64,000 nt of DNA from a virus: IMG/VR virus record IMGVR_UViG_3300031576_000030, positions 1-64,000 of that record. One strand, 5' to 3'. Below the pieces are notes generated by a model, which searched no databases, was not told the origin of the DNA, and saw only the letters and a list, made by a program, of their open reading frames with translations. The translations under genes and the position numbers were made by a program. The stretch's first letter is position 1. Each line of letters opens with the position of its first letter. Positions 28,637 to 38,110 of the stretch are shown in pieces.

Positions 28637-29571
28637 CCACCTCGCCCGCCGACATCCTGTTCACCCCTGGCGAAGCGGCCTCGGCTACGCGCAGTATCCT
28701 GGAGCAGCGCCGGGCTAACCCCGCCTCGGGTGTCTATCTACCTATCGATTCGCTCTTGCCGCACCTCCTGCCCCTGGCCCAGGACAACTTGGTGACGATC
28801 CTGGGACGGCCCGGCAACGGCAAGACCTCGCTGATGATGTGGTGGGCGCGACAGGAAGCGCTGCGCATCGCCCAGAACGGAAATCACAAGCAGGCGGTGG
28901 TCTACATCACCTACGAGCAGTCGGTCGAAGACCTGACGGCCTTTGCTCTCGCCGCCCAGAGTGGCGTTCCCATCGACGCCATGGCGCGCGGCACCATCCG
29001 CGACGATCAATGGCAGGAACTGATGGGCCAGTTCGTTCAGCAGGTGGCCCTGCCCATCGTCGTCATCGGCCACAGCATCGCCCGCCGCCAACGGCGACCT
29101 CGCCTGACGCTGACGGCGGTGATCCACGCCCTGGAATACCTGGTGGACAAACTTCAATTCGAGGTGCGCCTGGTGTTCCTGGACTACCTGCAGCGTATCC
29201 CCGGCGAGAAGTACGTCGGCGACCGGCGTATGGAGGTGTCCGAATCGCTCGACCGCTGCAAGGACAGCGCCCTGTCCTTCGGCGCGCCGTGGGTGGTGGC
29301 CGTCCAGGCGCGGCGCGATGTGGACAGCCGACCACTGCCAGTGCCTCTGATGGCCGACGGCCAGGAGACTGCGGGTATCGAGCAGGCCTCGGACGTTGTG
29401 CTGTCGGTGGTGCGCCCCTCTCACTACCGCAAAGAGGGCGAATCGTTCGGAAAGGTGATCGTCTCCGGTCACAGCCAGATGCTGATCACCATCCTCAAGC
29501 AGCACTTGGGACCCGATAACCTAGCCGTCTGGATCAACTTCGATATCCCGGTCAACACGGTGCGGCAGTGA
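28633..29571 (+). CDS. dnaB: DnaB-like replicative helicase (C-terminal RecA domain)
   Basis: GRPGNGKT, VFLDYLQRI, IEQASDVV. Confidence 0.9.
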   Translation: MTTSPADILFTPGEAASATRSILEQRRANPASGVYLPIDSLLPHLLPLAQDNLVTILGRPGNGKTSLMMWWARQEALRIAQNGNHKQAVVYITYEQSVEDLTAFALAAQSGVPIDAMARGTIRDDQWQELMGQFVQQVALPIVVIGHSIARRQRRPRLTLTAVIHALEYLVDKLQFEVRLVFLDYLQRIPGEKYVGDRRMEVSESLDRCKDSALSFGAPWVVAVQARRDVDSRPLPVPLMADGQETAGIEQASDVVLSVVRPSHYRKEGESFGKVIVSGHSQMLITILKQHLGPDNLAVWINFDIPVNTVRQ

Positions 29572-31172
29572 TCAACCTGGCAAGCGTGCTCAACCTGCCG
29601 TATGCCTCGGCCTCGGTGCACTGCTGCATCGTCTCGCCGCCCTACCTGCAGGCGCGCAAATACCACGCCCAGGGCCACCACTACTGGCCGGGGGGGGAAT
29701 ATCTCCCAGTGGCGGGGCGGGACTTCGCCATCGCCATCCCCGAATGGATCGGCGACCTGGGACGTGAGACGACTCAGGAGATGTATATCTTTCACGTGCT
29801 GGAAATGGTCAAAGAGATCATGCGCGTGCTGCGACCGGACGGGACGCTGTGGCTCAACCTGGGCGACGGCCTGGCGCGCGACGAGGCCAAAGGCGTCAAG
29901 TTTGCCGGTTATCCCGACGAGACTCAGGCGCTGGAGGAGAACCGCGGGCTGGACATCCCCCAGGGCTTACAGGGCGGAGATCTGCTGATGACGCCGCACC
30001 GCGTCGCCCAGGCTGTCCAGGCGCTGGGTTTCATCGTGCGCGACGACACGGTGTGGGCCAAACGCAACTGCAAGCCGGAGAGCAACGACGGCTGGGCCTA
30101 CCGCCAGAACACATGCGCCTGCGTCCACGAGACGCAGCGCGCCGCACTGAAAGAGGAGATGGCTCGCCTGGGCGCAGATCGACATACCGCCGGGGCCAAC
30201 GTGCGGCGGCGCATCGCCCGCGCGCCTCAGCCCGATTGCCCGGACTGCCGGGGAACGGGGAAACTTCCGCAGGTAAAGTTTCATCGGGGCAGTTGGCGCT
30301 TCACCCGCTCCCACGAATATCTGTTCCAGGTGGTACACCAGATGGGCTACTACGCCGACCGCGAGGCGGTCAAGGAACCGGCCCAGACCGTATCTATCCA
30401 GCGCGCCAAGCGAGGCGTGTCGGGAAACCACAAGTACACTCTTGGCGCGGCGGGCCAGGCGGTCGAGGGATTGTTCTCGCAGCGCGACGGCGACCCCGCG
30501 AGAATCGTGTCGCATACCCGCAACCCGCGTAGCGTCCAGTGGAGCGACGACCAGTCGGAAATCATCGACTACCTGGCCGAGGAACACCCTCAGGTGTTGG
30601 CGGATTTTATTTCCCGACAGAACGGCAACAGCGTTCTCTTGCTCAAGACGCAGGGGTTTCGCGGCAACCACTTTGCCACGTTCCCGCCCTCGCTCGTCGA
30701 GCGCCTGCTGCTGGCCTCCTGCCCGCAGAAGGTGTGCGACCAGTGCGGAATGCCCTGGGCGCGCGTGTTGGAGTACCACACGCCGGTGGCGGGCGTCGAC
30801 TTCCCCATCGCCCACCATCGAGACGACACCGGCCCGTCCACCGCCGCCGCCCTGCGCAGCCGTACCTCGGCCCTGCGCGCTTCGGGCGGCGAGAAGTACA
30901 TGGCGGCCAAGGCCGAGAATCCGCGCCGCACCGTGGGCTGGCAGAAGACTTGCCACGGCCACGAGTCGCGGGCCGTGCCCGGCATCGTTCTGGATCCGTG
31001 CGCCGGCTCCGGGACGGTCGGCTTCGTGGCGAGGCGAGCGGGACGGCGATTCATCCTGTCGGACATATCGCCGGTGTACATGGACGAGATCGCCCTGGCC
31101 CGCGCAGCGCGCAAGACCAGCCGCAGACTCCTGGCGCAATTGCCGATGTTTCAGGGAAGTGAGGAGGCGTAG
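29568..31172 (+). CDS. N4-C/N6-A DNA methyltransferase (beta order) with Cys-rich inserts
   Basis: SPPY, LWLNLGD, HFATFP, LDPCAGSGT. Confidence 0.9.
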   Translation: MINLASVLNLPYASASVHCCIVSPPYLQARKYHAQGHHYWPGGEYLPVAGRDFAIAIPEWIGDLGRETTQEMYIFHVLEMVKEIMRVLRPDGTLWLNLGDGLARDEAKGVKFAGYPDETQALEENRGLDIPQGLQGGDLLMTPHRVAQAVQALGFIVRDDTVWAKRNCKPESNDGWAYRQNTCACVHETQRAALKEEMARLGADRHTAGANVRRRIARAPQPDCPDCRGTGKLPQVKFHRGSWRFTRSHEYLFQVVHQMGYYADREAVKEPAQTVSIQRAKRGVSGNHKYTLGAAGQAVEGLFSQRDGDPARIVSHTRNPRSVQWSDDQSEIIDYLAEEHPQVLADFISRQNGNSVLLLKTQGFRGNHFATFPPSLVERLLLASCPQKVCDQCGMPWARVLEYHTPVAGVDFPIAHHRDDTGPSTAAALRSRTSALRASGGEKYMAAKAENPRRTVGWQKTCHGHESRAVPGIVLDPCAGSGTVGFVARRAGRRFILSDISPVYMDEIALARAARKTSRRLLAQLPMFQGSEEA

Positions 31173-31361
31173 ATGAGTATCGTGTATCAACTAGAAGTAG
31201 GAATCCAGAGATGGGTGGCCGAGGTCTACGACGGCCCGATTGTCATCCCCGCCGATTCTACCGCGACGCTGGAGTTGCGCCGCCGCGACGGCTCGGTGAT
31301 CGTCCGCATGGAACTTCTCCCGATGGAGATCTACAGCATCGAAGTACGTGGGAACGCCTGA
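31173..31361 (+). CDS. hypothetical protein
   Basis: GGAGG RBS; stop overlaps next start. Confidence 0.55.
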   Translation: MSIVYQLEVGIQRWVAEVYDGPIVIPADSTATLELRRRDGSVIVRMELLPMEIYSIEVRGNA

Positions 31362-32866
31362 TGCACCAGGTCGTGTGCGGAGATGTGACCGACTGGGCCG
31401 CGGCCTACGACGGGCCGCCGTTCCACGCACTGCTCATCGATCCGCCGTACCACCTGGAGAGCATCGCTCGACGTTTCGGCAAGCCCTCGGCCAAGCCCGC
31501 GCGCGGCGCGCTGTATGCCCGCGTCGGGCGCGGTTTCATGGGCCAGGCCTGGGACGGCGGAGATTGGGCCTTCCGCCCCTCCACCTGGAAACTTCTGACA
31601 CGCCATCTCTACCCCGGCGGATTCGTCCTGGCCTTCGCCTCGCCGCGCAACGACTGGCTGATGGCGCATGCCATGCACCGCGCTGGATTGGTGCTTCATC
31701 CCAAGGTCTTCCTGTGGGCCTATGCCCAGGGAGTTCCCAAGGCCACCCGCCTGGACAAGCGACTGCAGGCGATGAACGAAGGTCCCCTGGCGCAGTCGGT
31801 CAGGGACAATCACTTCTACGGCCTGCAGGTGCTGAAGCCCCAGGCCGAGACCATCCTGGTGGCGCAGAAGCCATATCGGGGCCGACCGCTGTTGAATATC
31901 CTGCACACGGGCGCAGGCACGTTCAATATCGGCGCGACTCGCCTGGGCGAGCGCGGCAAGAAATGGTCGCAGGCGCGTGGCGGATTCTGGCAGACTGATG
32001 CCGAGGCCCAGGCGGAACTCGAGACCAATCCCCTCGGTCGCTGGCCGGGCAACCTTCTGCTGTGCCACCTGCCCGATTGCCTGAGCCTGGGCTGGGCATC
32101 GGTCGCGGGGCGGACTCTCAACCGATGGACGGACGGGGCCAAGCCCTTTGGCAACGGCGCGGGACATCCTTACGAGAGTCTGGATACGCCCGACGACTGG
32201 ATCGAAGTGTGGCGCTGCGCAGCGGGCTGCCCGGTGGCGGCGCTCGACGAGCAGGCGGGACCCTTGGCCTCGGGCAAGATGTCCGCAGGCACGAAACGGT
32301 CGACGGACGGCGGCTACAACGGCGCGCAACCGGAGGTCGCCAACGAGCGCGACACCTACGGCGATGCGAGCAGCGCCTCCCGTTTCTTCAAGACCTGCGA
32401 CTGGTCTTACGAGACCTTCGAGAGGTTGAACGAATCCCCCGCCGTCCACTACTCGGCCAAGGCCTCGGTCGCCGAGCGCGAACACGGACTATCGCACTTT
32501 CCAGCCCAATGGTTATCCGACGGACGCCCGACGCCTATCGACAACCAGTTCCAGCGCGGCCAGACCCACAAGCGCAACCCGCACCCATCCGTCAAGCCCA
32601 TCGGCCTGACGCGCTGGCTGGCGGCCCTGCTGCTGCCCCCACCGCTGTACGAGCGGCGTCTGCTCGTGCCGTGCTGCGGTGTGGGTAGCGAGATGATCGG
32701 CGGTCTGTTGGCCGGCTGGGATGAGATCGTCGGCATCGATCTCTCCCCGGAGTACGTCAAGGTGGCCCATGCCCGCCTGGACTGGTGGTCGGCCCAACCG
32801 CGCAGCCAATGGGACGCGCCGGCGGCCTCCGATGCCCCAACGCAACTGGAGATGTTCGGTGCGTGA
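31361..32866 (+). CDS. N6-A/N4-C DNA methyltransferase
   Basis: DPPY, GFMGQAWD, GRWPGN, ASRFF, HPSVKP, LVPCCGVGS. Confidence 0.9.
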   Translation: MHQVVCGDVTDWAAAYDGPPFHALLIDPPYHLESIARRFGKPSAKPARGALYARVGRGFMGQAWDGGDWAFRPSTWKLLTRHLYPGGFVLAFASPRNDWLMAHAMHRAGLVLHPKVFLWAYAQGVPKATRLDKRLQAMNEGPLAQSVRDNHFYGLQVLKPQAETILVAQKPYRGRPLLNILHTGAGTFNIGATRLGERGKKWSQARGGFWQTDAEAQAELETNPLGRWPGNLLLCHLPDCLSLGWASVAGRTLNRWTDGAKPFGNGAGHPYESLDTPDDWIEVWRCAAGCPVAALDEQAGPLASGKMSAGTKRSTDGGYNGAQPEVANERDTYGDASSASRFFKTCDWSYETFERLNESPAVHYSAKASVAEREHGLSHFPAQWLSDGRPTPIDNQFQRGQTHKRNPHPSVKPIGLTRWLAALLLPPPLYERRLLVPCCGVGSEMIGGLLAGWDEIVGIDLSPEYVKVAHARLDWWSAQPRSQWDAPAASDAPTQLEMFGA

Positions 32867-33083
32867 GTGGCTGATTCTGCGGCACGATCCGCACCCGCTG
32901 AGCCTGGAAGGAAAGAAATTCATGCGCTCACAGATCGAGCGTGGCCTACAGCGTGACATCTTTCGTCCTGGCAGCCTGTTCGTCACTTTGAGAAATCCCA
33001 AGCGCTATTTCCTGTTGACCGCCACGGGGCTATTGCAAGTGGAGAAGAACTATGGAAGGCAACCTGCGACCTATACCGCGTAA
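32859..33083 (+). CDS. hypothetical protein
   Basis: GTG start after GGAG; operon continuity. Confidence 0.45.
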   Translation: MREWLILRHDPHPLSLEGKKFMRSQIERGLQRDIFRPGSLFVTLRNPKRYFLLTATGLLQVEKNYGRQPATYTA

Positions 33084-33197
33084 GGGACTGTTCCGCCGAC
33101 CGCCCTCGGCCCTGGCGACTTTCCTGGCCTACATCGTGATCGTCGCCTTGATCTTCCTGGGCTGCAACTTCCTGTCGATAGCCTATTTGGGGGTTCC

Positions 33198-33449
33198 ATG
33201 AACGGCCAGCCGCTCTTGGGCGACCAGGCCCTGCTGCGACAGATGATGCGCGATCTGCAGCGGGCTTGGGCTATTGTCTACGACGACACGGTGCTGCAAA
33301 GCCTGCCGCCGCAGGAGGTGCAGGCGTTAGGGGTATCACTCCGTCATTGTATCGTGTGCGCGACCAATCTGCTGATGCGCTGCGGCGACTACGGACCCTA
33401 CCTGATGGAGGCAAAAGATGATCACGCAAAAATGCCACGTGTGTGGTGA
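33198..33449 (+). CDS. hypothetical protein
   Basis: ORF in operon orientation. Confidence 0.5.
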   Translation: MNGQPLLGDQALLRQMMRDLQRAWAIVYDDTVLQSLPPQEVQALGVSLRHCIVCATNLLMRCGDYGPYLMEAKDDHAKMPRVW

Positions 33450-33621
33450 GGCACGGCCCGGCGACCAGATCGGCGTGCGCATAATCGAAGTGAGCCTGGA
33501 GTACGGTCTGCCGCCGGACACGATGCAGATGAACGTGCGCTACTGCCGCGACAAGCCAGAGTGCACCGCCATGTCCAAGGACTATCGCTTCGGCTTGCGG
33601 CCTCGGCAACCCATCTTTTGA
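33418..33621 (+). CDS. small Cys-rich protein
   Basis: GGAGG RBS, CHVCG..NVRYC..C. Confidence 0.6.
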   Translation: MITQKCHVCGEARPGDQIGVRIIEVSLEYGLPPDTMQMNVRYCRDKPECTAMSKDYRFGLRPRQPIF

Positions 33622-33672
33622 TGGGTATTCATTGACCATTAATCCTGTGCGGGGAAAGAAAGTATATAATCA

Positions 33673-33862
33673 TCTGGGTGGGTAGCGGCGTGGCGAGTTG
33701 ACACGCTAGGCGGTTGCAACCGCCTGTAGTTAGCGGAAGTCGTGCGACTAAAGCCTCCCCTGCCAAGCGTGGACGACGCACGTAAGGCAGAACAAGGGTA
33801 TGCCCAAAGGGAGGACAGCCAGGACGGAATATGTAGAAACGGACACTGGCCTATCCATCAGA
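33673..33862 (+). ncRNA. candidate multi-branched ncRNA with paired ends
   Basis: begins just after TATAAT (33665); 5' TCTGGGTGGGTAG pairs imperfectly with 3' CTATCCATCAGA; internal stems 33708-33725, 33754-33759/33809-33814, 33760-33764/33786-33790. Confidence 0.6.
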
Positions 33863-33909
33863 ATTTCGATGTACAGCATCGGCGGAGAATTCGCTCTGAT
33901 TGGAGAACA

Positions 33910-34149
33910 ATGAACATCAACATTAAGGACTCGCCTTGGCTCACCGAGGCCAATTGGTCAGACGAGCAGGCACGCTATATGCTCATCGCCCTGCTGCATG
34001 AAGGCGTCCTGTCCGCAAGACGTGGCGAGGACGGTGCCTTATTTTTCTCTTACGCTTGGGCATACTATCCAGATGGCGTGTCCCAGTCCGAGGCCATCGC
34101 CGAGTTGGGCGCGATGGAGTTCGATGAGGCGGGGCAAAGAATCGAATGA
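33910..34149 (+). CDS. hypothetical protein
   Basis: GGAGA RBS before ATG 33910. Confidence 0.55.
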   Translation: MNINIKDSPWLTEANWSDEQARYMLIALLHEGVLSARRGEDGALFFSYAWAYYPDGVSQSEAIAELGAMEFDEAGQRIE

Positions 34150-34526
34150 GTCCGCGTAAGTCTATCGGCGACTACCCATCCGACTGGAAGGACATCGCGC
34201 GAACCGTCAAGCAGGCGGCGGGCTGGCAATGTGTGCGCTGCGGTGCTCCCCATGACAGGGAGACGGGCCATGTCCTGACTTGCCATCATCTCGATCTCAA
34301 TCCCGAAAATAATTCGTGGTACAACCTGGCGGCCCTATGTCAGCGTTGTCACCTACACATTCAGGGCAAAGTGATCATGGAGCGCATCTGGATGTTCGAA
34401 CACAGCCCGTGGTTCCGACCCTACGTAGCCGGATTCTATGCTGACCAATTTGGTCTGCCGACCGACCGCGAATACGTCATGGCCCACCTGGACGAGTTGA
34501 TCGCCTTGGGGCAGGGAAGATGCTAG
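34146..34526 (+). CDS. HNH endonuclease-domain protein
   Basis: YPSDW..CVRC..LTCHHLD..N..NLAALCQRCH. Confidence 0.85.
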   Translation: MSPRKSIGDYPSDWKDIARTVKQAAGWQCVRCGAPHDRETGHVLTCHHLDLNPENNSWYNLAALCQRCHLHIQGKVIMERIWMFEHSPWFRPYVAGFYADQFGLPTDREYVMAHLDELIALGQGRC

Positions 34527-36226
34527 CCCAGGCCAACGCAATCCGCATTCCGCTGGCGGCGGAATCTGTCCACTGCGTCACGACCTCGCCGCCGTTCTGG
34601 GGCTTGCGCGCCTATCAGGGCCAGCAATCGTTTGCTTGGCCGGGCGGCTCATTCGCCCCCTGGCCGGGCCTGCCCAAATGCGTCGAGATACCGGGGCCGG
34701 ACGAGAATGAATTGACGCAATGCCAACACAACTTTCAGATTATGGGTAAGAGTACAACCCGTATACGCCACGGCGCAATAGGCGGCCTACATGCAGGGCG
34801 ATCAGTCAATAAACTCTCTCGCAACATTCTGCTCAACCCTAATACCGGCGCATGTTGTCTGAAATGCGGCGCTTGGCGCGGCGGCCTGGGGCAGGAGCCG
34901 CAACCCGAAATGTTTATTTTCCATATCCTGCTGGTCATGCGCGAAGTCCGCCGCGTGCTACGGCCCGATAGCGTGTGCTACTTCGACATTGGGGATTGCT
35001 ATGCCAGCAATGGCAAGGGAAGTAACGTGGGACAAAGAAGTAGCACATTACGAGGCAGAGGAATCAATCAAGGTTCAATGCCACTCAAGATGGACAAGTT
35101 TAGTCTAATACTACCCAAGGGCAATCTCGTCGGCATCCCGGCGATGCTGCTCAAGGCGTTACAGGCCGACGGCTGGATTGTTCGCAACGACCTTGTGTGG
35201 CACAAAGTCGCGCCGATGCCGGAGAGCCTGAACGGGACTCGTTATGAGGCTGCGCCGTGCGGGTGTCTTCAATATGAGGGTAAGCGTAATGAGACATTGA
35301 CAGTAGGTAAGCAAAGGCTGAACAACGGTGACCTTACTTCTGGCAAAACCGTTAGCGACCATGCCGACCCCGACTGCCCCGATTGCGGCGGGACGGGGCG
35401 GGTGGGCGAGCCGGAGTTGCGGCGCGGCAGTTGGAGGCACACGCGCGCGCACGAATTTGTGTTCATGCTCACGAAGCAGATGGGCTACTGGAGCGACAAA
35501 GAGGCGGTGAAGGAGAAAGTCAAGGAGTCTAGTCTAATACGATCTCAAAGCGGCTGGCATGGGCAAAAGGATAATGGCAGATCTGAGCCGGATAATACAG
35601 ATAAAATGGGAACTCGATGGGCGTCCCCATCGGGTCGCAACCCGCGCAGCGTCCTCTCCGCCGAGAATGATTTTGTTCTGGGGGCATGGCTGGCCGAGAA
35701 TGCGCCTGTGCTACTGGCTGAATACCTCGAACAGGCGCGCAATTCTCCTTCGGTAATGTCACCTGCGCCGTCGGCTTATTCGGGCAACCATTACGCCACT
35801 TACCCTCCCGGCCTCATCCAGCCCTTCATCCTGGCCTCCTGCCCGGCGCGCTGCTGCCCGGTGTGCGGCGCGGGCTGGGCCCCGGTGGTGGAGATTCCAG
35901 AGGGCAGGCCGAGAGGCTCCTATCACGATCATAGTCAAGATGGGATTGAATACGGACGAAGGCAAGGCGGCAAAGGGCCAGCCAATCTATCGGGAGATCA
36001 GCAATTGTATGTCACCGGCTACCGTCCAACGTGCGCCCACCCGCATACGGAGCAAGAGGCGCTTCCGGGAATTGTTTTGGATCCATTCTGCGGGAGCGGA
36101 ACCACCGGTTTAGTCGCCCGCGAACTGGGTCGCCGCTTCGTCGGGCTGGACGTATCTCTGCCCTACCTACGCGACCAGGCGATGGGCCGAGCCGAAGTCT
36201 ACACGTTGCCGCTGATGGCGGTGTGA
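34520..36226 (+). CDS. N4-C/N6-A DNA methyltransferase, paralog of 29568-31172
   Basis: SPPF, HYATYP, LDPFCGSGTT; shares RGSWR, RNPRSV, ASCP blocks with 29568 gene. Confidence 0.9.
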   Translation: MLAQANAIRIPLAAESVHCVTTSPPFWGLRAYQGQQSFAWPGGSFAPWPGLPKCVEIPGPDENELTQCQHNFQIMGKSTTRIRHGAIGGLHAGRSVNKLSRNILLNPNTGACCLKCGAWRGGLGQEPQPEMFIFHILLVMREVRRVLRPDSVCYFDIGDCYASNGKGSNVGQRSSTLRGRGINQGSMPLKMDKFSLILPKGNLVGIPAMLLKALQADGWIVRNDLVWHKVAPMPESLNGTRYEAAPCGCLQYEGKRNETLTVGKQRLNNGDLTSGKTVSDHADPDCPDCGGTGRVGEPELRRGSWRHTRAHEFVFMLTKQMGYWSDKEAVKEKVKESSLIRSQSGWHGQKDNGRSEPDNTDKMGTRWASPSGRNPRSVLSAENDFVLGAWLAENAPVLLAEYLEQARNSPSVMSPAPSAYSGNHYATYPPGLIQPFILASCPARCCPVCGAGWAPVVEIPEGRPRGSYHDHSQDGIEYGRRQGGKGPANLSGDQQLYVTGYRPTCAHPHTEQEALPGIVLDPFCGSGTTGLVARELGRRFVGLDVSLPYLRDQAMGRAEVYTLPLMAV

Positions 36227-36228
36227 GA

Positions 36229-36915
36229 ATGGAAAACATTCTTGGCCCATACGTATTGGGCACGACGGACGATGAACATCAGGGGATATACACGGGCGAC
36301 GCATTGGAGTTAGCAGAGGCCATTCCTGATGAGAGCGTGGATTTTATTTTCACTGACCCAGTGTACTGGCATATAGATGATTACCTTTGGTTAGCGGAGG
36401 TTGCTAGCAGAGTTCTCAAGCCCACAGGTACGGTGTTGGCACAGGTGGGGGCACTATTTTGGATCGAGGCACAAAACGCCTTTCGGGAAGTAGGGGAAAT
36501 GGTACATCTGCCGCCCATAATAGAGGTATACCATTTTTCGACCACGGCATTTCAGGTCGGGTCGGTCAGAATCTTATCTGGTTATCAGCCGTACATTTGG
36601 GCTATCAAAACAATGCGGACTCTTTCGATCATGAACAGGAGTTTCGGCAAACGCGACAAAGTTCATCATGAGTGGGGGGATGGGGCAAACTTCTTTTCCC
36701 GATACATTCAGGTATTGACCGAATCAGACCAAGTGATATTCGACCCTTTTACGGGTGGCGGGACAGTCCCCGCTGTGTGTAAGATGTTGGGTCGGAAGTG
36801 GCTGGCATTCGAGATAAATCCAGCGGTAGCGGAACGGGCGCAGGAGCGTGTGCGTAACACCCCGTCGCCACTTTTTACGGCGGAAGTCTACACGCTGCCG
36901 CTGATGGCCGTGTGA
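36229..36915 (+). CDS. compact N6/N4 DNA methyltransferase
   Basis: FTDPVY, RVLKPTG, FDPFTGGGT; lower GC than neighbours. Confidence 0.85.
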   Translation: MENILGPYVLGTTDDEHQGIYTGDALELAEAIPDESVDFIFTDPVYWHIDDYLWLAEVASRVLKPTGTVLAQVGALFWIEAQNAFREVGEMVHLPPIIEVYHFSTTAFQVGSVRILSGYQPYIWAIKTMRTLSIMNRSFGKRDKVHHEWGDGANFFSRYIQVLTESDQVIFDPFTGGGTVPAVCKMLGRKWLAFEINPAVAERAQERVRNTPSPLFTAEVYTLPLMAV

Positions 36916-38078
36916 TGAGATTCGGCAGCCTGTTTTCGGGGATCGGCGGGTTCGATAGAGGCTTTGAACGCATCGGCATGTCGTGTGCCTGGCAGGTGGA
37001 GAATGACCGCTCATGCCAAAAGGTGTTGGCGCACCATTGGCCCAACGTGAAGCGATACGGGGACATCCGGGAGGTAGTAGACCTTGAACCAGTTGACCTT
37101 ATTTGCGGGGGGTTCCCCTGTCAAGACCTGTCAGTGGCCGGAGGCCGCGCGGGCCTGGCTGGAGAACGCAGCGGACTTTGGCACGAGTTCCATCGCATTC
37201 TTACAGAGTGTCGCCCGCGATGGGCTGTCGTCGAGAATGTCCCCGGCCTGCTTTCCAGCAACGGAGGGCGAGATTTTGCCGTCATCCTTCGCGGGCTGGT
37301 CGAATGCGGGTATGGCGTCGCCTATCGGATACTCGACGCTCAGTATTTCGGAGTGGCCCAGCGCCGCCGCCGTGTGTTCATTGTCGGAAGTCTTGGAGAC
37401 GGACGCGTTGCCCAAGCACTTTTTGAGTCCGAAGGCTTGCCGGGGCATACTCCGCCGCGCCGCCAAGAGGGGACGGCCAATACCGGACTTTCTGGAACGC
37501 TGTCTGCGAATGGTGGCGGGATAGACCGACCCGCCGGAAATGCCAACGAGTTAGACTTCTGCGTTGCCGCCCCGCTCCGAGCAGGGCGGGCCAGAGCGGA
37601 TACATTTGGGGACGCTGGCAACGTAGTGGCCTTCCAGCAGAACACGCGCGATGAAGTCAGGCTCATCGGCGGCAATGGAAGCCACGTTGGGGCGTTGTCG
37701 GCAGAGCCGGGAATGAAGCAGCAAAACTACATCGCTGGTGCGATCACTACGCATCAAAGGCGTGGTAATCCTGATAACCAGACGTTTGTGGTTGCTCCGT
37801 CCTTGGTCAGCCATCACAACAACCTAGATAAACAGGCGTATATAGCCTTCGACCCGTTGCGGGCCGGGATCGAGAGGACATTCATTCACCGCACAGGTTC
37901 GTTCGGCGTCCGCCGCCTCACCCCGGTGGAATGCGAGAGACTCCAGGGATTTCCCGATGGATTCACTGACTTGCCGCAATCCGACAGCATGCGCTACCGC
38001 CAATTGGGGAATGCGGTATGCGTTCCGGTAGTGGAGTGGATTGGGCGGCGACTGTGGGTCGCCGAATACAACGAGTGA
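36912..38078 (+). CDS. dcm: C5-cytosine DNA methyltransferase
   Basis: FSGIGG, GGFPCQD, ENV, QRRRR, RRLTPVECERLQGFPD, GNAV. Confidence 0.95.
   Translation: MMRFGSLFSGIGGFDRGFERIGMSCAWQVENDRSCQKVLAHHWPNVKRYGDIREVVDLEPVDLICGGFPCQDLSVAGGRAGLAGERSGLWHEFHRILTECRPRWAVVENVPGLLSSNGGRDFAVILRGLVECGYGVAYRILDAQYFGVAQRRRRVFIVGSLGDGRVAQALFESEGLPGHTPPRRQEGTANTGLSGTLSANGGGIDRPAGNANELDFCVAAPLRAGRARADTFGDAGNVVAFQQNTRDEVRLIGGNGSHVGALSAEPGMKQQNYIAGAITTHQRRGNPDNQTFVVAPSLVSHHNNLDKQAYIAFDPLRAGIERTFIHRTGSFGVRRLTPVECERLQGFPDGFTDLPQSDSMRYRQLGNAVCVPVVEWIGRRLWVAEYNE
37084..37524 (+). CDS. nested alternative-frame protein (M.EcoHK31I beta-polypeptide-like)
   Basis: GGAGGT before TTG; WSNAGM..WPSAAAVCSLSEVLE..FLSPKACRGILRRA..RG. 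Confidence 0.7.
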   Translation: MNQLTLFAGGSPVKTCQWPEAARAWLENAADFGTSSIAFLQSVARDGLSSRMSPACFPATEGEILPSSFAGWSNAGMASPIGYSTLSISEWPSAAAVCSLSEVLETDALPKHFLSPKACRGILRRAAKRGRPIPDFLERCLRMVAG

Positions 38079-38110
38079 ACCTCCTCTAAAATTGAAAGGA
38101 TCACCAAAAA

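Noticed and set aside
29568-36226. Inteins in the long MTases
   Set aside because: Inserts are Cys-rich loops without C/S...HN splice motifs.
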